The translations under genes and the position numbers were made by a program. Shown one piece after another: positions 31,010-32,000 of a DNA stretch of 32,000 nt (within the stretch, counting starts at the first letter, position 1; each line of letters begins with the position of its first letter). The notes beneath the pieces were generated by a model, which saw nothing but the letters and a program-made list of their open reading frames with translations, was not told the origin of the DNA and searched no databases. This stretch comes from Thermofilum pendens Hrk 5 (GTDB lineage: Archaea > Thermoproteota > Thermoprotei > Thermofilales > Thermofilaceae). The DNA lies in contig NC_008698.1 in NCBI RefSeq assembly GCF_000015225.1, forward strand, positions 1,680,001-1,712,000. Reading direction: 5' to 3'.

Positions 31010-32000
31010 CTAGACCTTCTCGCCGCGCCTGCGCCGGAGCCTCCGGGCGGCTAGGACCGCCACGGCTAACAGCGCGATGGACGCGTATATAGGCACCTCG
31101 TACCTCAGTATGAAGTCGGAGTACTCTATCAGCTTCTCGTCCCCCTCGGTAGCCCACCTCTCCGAGAGGCTCTTTGCGAGCATCGCCAGTGGGTCTGCCG
31201 CCTTAGCCTTCTCGCGCGACTCCTCGTAGACCTTCAGCGCGCGGGAAAGGCTACCCCACTCCCCCGAGACCACCGCGAGCCTTATGCGTTCCTCGAGGCT
31301 CGCCGGGCTTCCGAGCTCCCTGCTCACGTTGACTGCCTTCAGGTAGAGGGTCGCCGGCACTAGGAAAGCTTTGACCGTGGTTTCGTTGTGCCAGCCGAGG
31401 TACTCCACGGAAAGCCTGAATACCCGTTCGCCCGTCTCCGCCACGGTTACCGAGTACTCGCCGTCGACCTTCACCCTGGCGGGTACGGCGGACCCGTTTG
31501 CAAAGTAAGCCCTGCCCGTCACCGTGCCGTTACCCACTATGGGGGCCCCGTCGAGGGTTCCGAGCACGTTCTCAAGCGCCAGGTTGAGGTAGTCCCAGTA
31601 AATCCTCCTGGAGGCCGTGAAGTTGAGCACGGACACCGTTACTACGGCGGAGCAAGCCTTGTCGAAGCGTAGCGTTAAGGACTGGTTCCCGAGGATCCTC
31701 CTGTACTCGCCCACCCCGCATCCGGCCACGGAGAGGTTCGCGTGGATCGGTAGCTTCGGGTAGACGTACAGCTTTACGTGAACCTCTGCCTGCTCGTTTA
31801 CGAGCACGAAGGGAGGCGCTTCGACGTCGACCCCCTTGACTACCACGTAGAAGAAGGACGCCTCGCTCCCGCCGAACCAGGAGCCTACGCTCAGCGTGTA
31901 CACTCCGGGGGCGCCCGGCTTCAGCTCGAACACGAACGAGGTCCTGTTCAGCGACGTGTCTACCGGAAGCTCTCTCTGCAGGGAGGAGTTCAGCCTGACC
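31010..32000 (-). CDS. Sequon-dense extracellular protein with C-terminal TM anchor; 5' end probably outside the window
   Basis: The frame stays open upstream of GTG 31933 to position 32000 (my translation ...VRLNSSLQRELPVDTSLNRTSFV-FELKPG). Nine N-x-S/T sequons. C-terminus IYASIALLAVAVLAARRLRRRRGEKV. Confidence 0.6.
   Translation of the reverse strand, partial: VRLNSSLQRELPVDTSLNRTSFVFELKPGAPGVYTLSVGSWFGGSEASFFYVVVKGVDVEAPPFVLVNEQAEVHVKLYVYPKLPIHANLSVAGCGVGEYRRILGNQSLTLRFDKACSAVVTVSVLNFTASRRIYWDYLNLALENVLGTLDGAPIVGNGTVTGRAYFANGSAVPARVKVDGEYSVTVAETGERVFRLSVEYLGWHNETTVKAFLVPATLYLKAVNVSRELGSPASLEERIRLAVVSGEWGSLSRALKVYEESREKAKAADPLAMLAKSLSERWATEGDEKLIEYSDFILRYEVPIYASIALLAVAVLAARRLRRRRGEKV

Overview
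High-GC (roughly 65-70% in most lines I counted) archaeal chromosomal segment. It looks like a hyperthermophilic crenarchaeon; that is an inference from the XPB-Bax1 pair, the type II archaeal GAPDH, DUF134, BRE/TATA-type promoters about 25 nt upstream of start codons (leaderless genes) and frequent GTG/TTG starts. No rRNA, tRNA, CRISPR array, transposase or integrase was recognised.

Content, left to right:
- A membrane-anchored heptad-repeat protein that runs off the left edge.
- A MOP/Wzx-type flippase.
- A cbiM / cbiN-like / cbiQ / cbiO ECF cobalt-or-nickel uptake operon.
- A markedly lower-GC patch (about 4.7-8.5 kb) carrying three glycosyltransferases, followed by a fourth, high-GC one.
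- A large MoxR AAA+ / DUF58 / double-vWA locus. It is physically and translationally interwoven with a PRC-barrel-like protein, an ABC-2 type exporter and sequon-rich membrane-anchored proteins (10.1-18.2 kb).
- A protein with 11 tryptophans in perfect heptad register, fused to a restriction-endonuclease-like domain whose putative catalytic residues appear substituted.
- A two-gene unit of unknown function behind a perfect 9-4-9 inverted repeat.
- A tightly packed XPB helicase - Bax1 nuclease - radical SAM string.
- A DUF134 regulator divergent from two tiny Trp/Tyr/Pro-rich proteins; the second is DUF5320-like.
- GAPDH, a GltD-like flavoprotein, a second flippase, a Nudix hydrolase, an orphan VapB with what looks like a decayed VapC, an SDR, and a sequon-dense surface protein that runs off the right edge.

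Best candidates for something undescribed:
- the MoxR/vWA/ABC-2 supercluster;
- the DUF134 / WYP-rich peptide divergon;
- the radical SAM gene appended to XPB-Bax1;
- the Trp-register coiled-coil protein.

All family assignments are motif recognition by eye. No database search was run.
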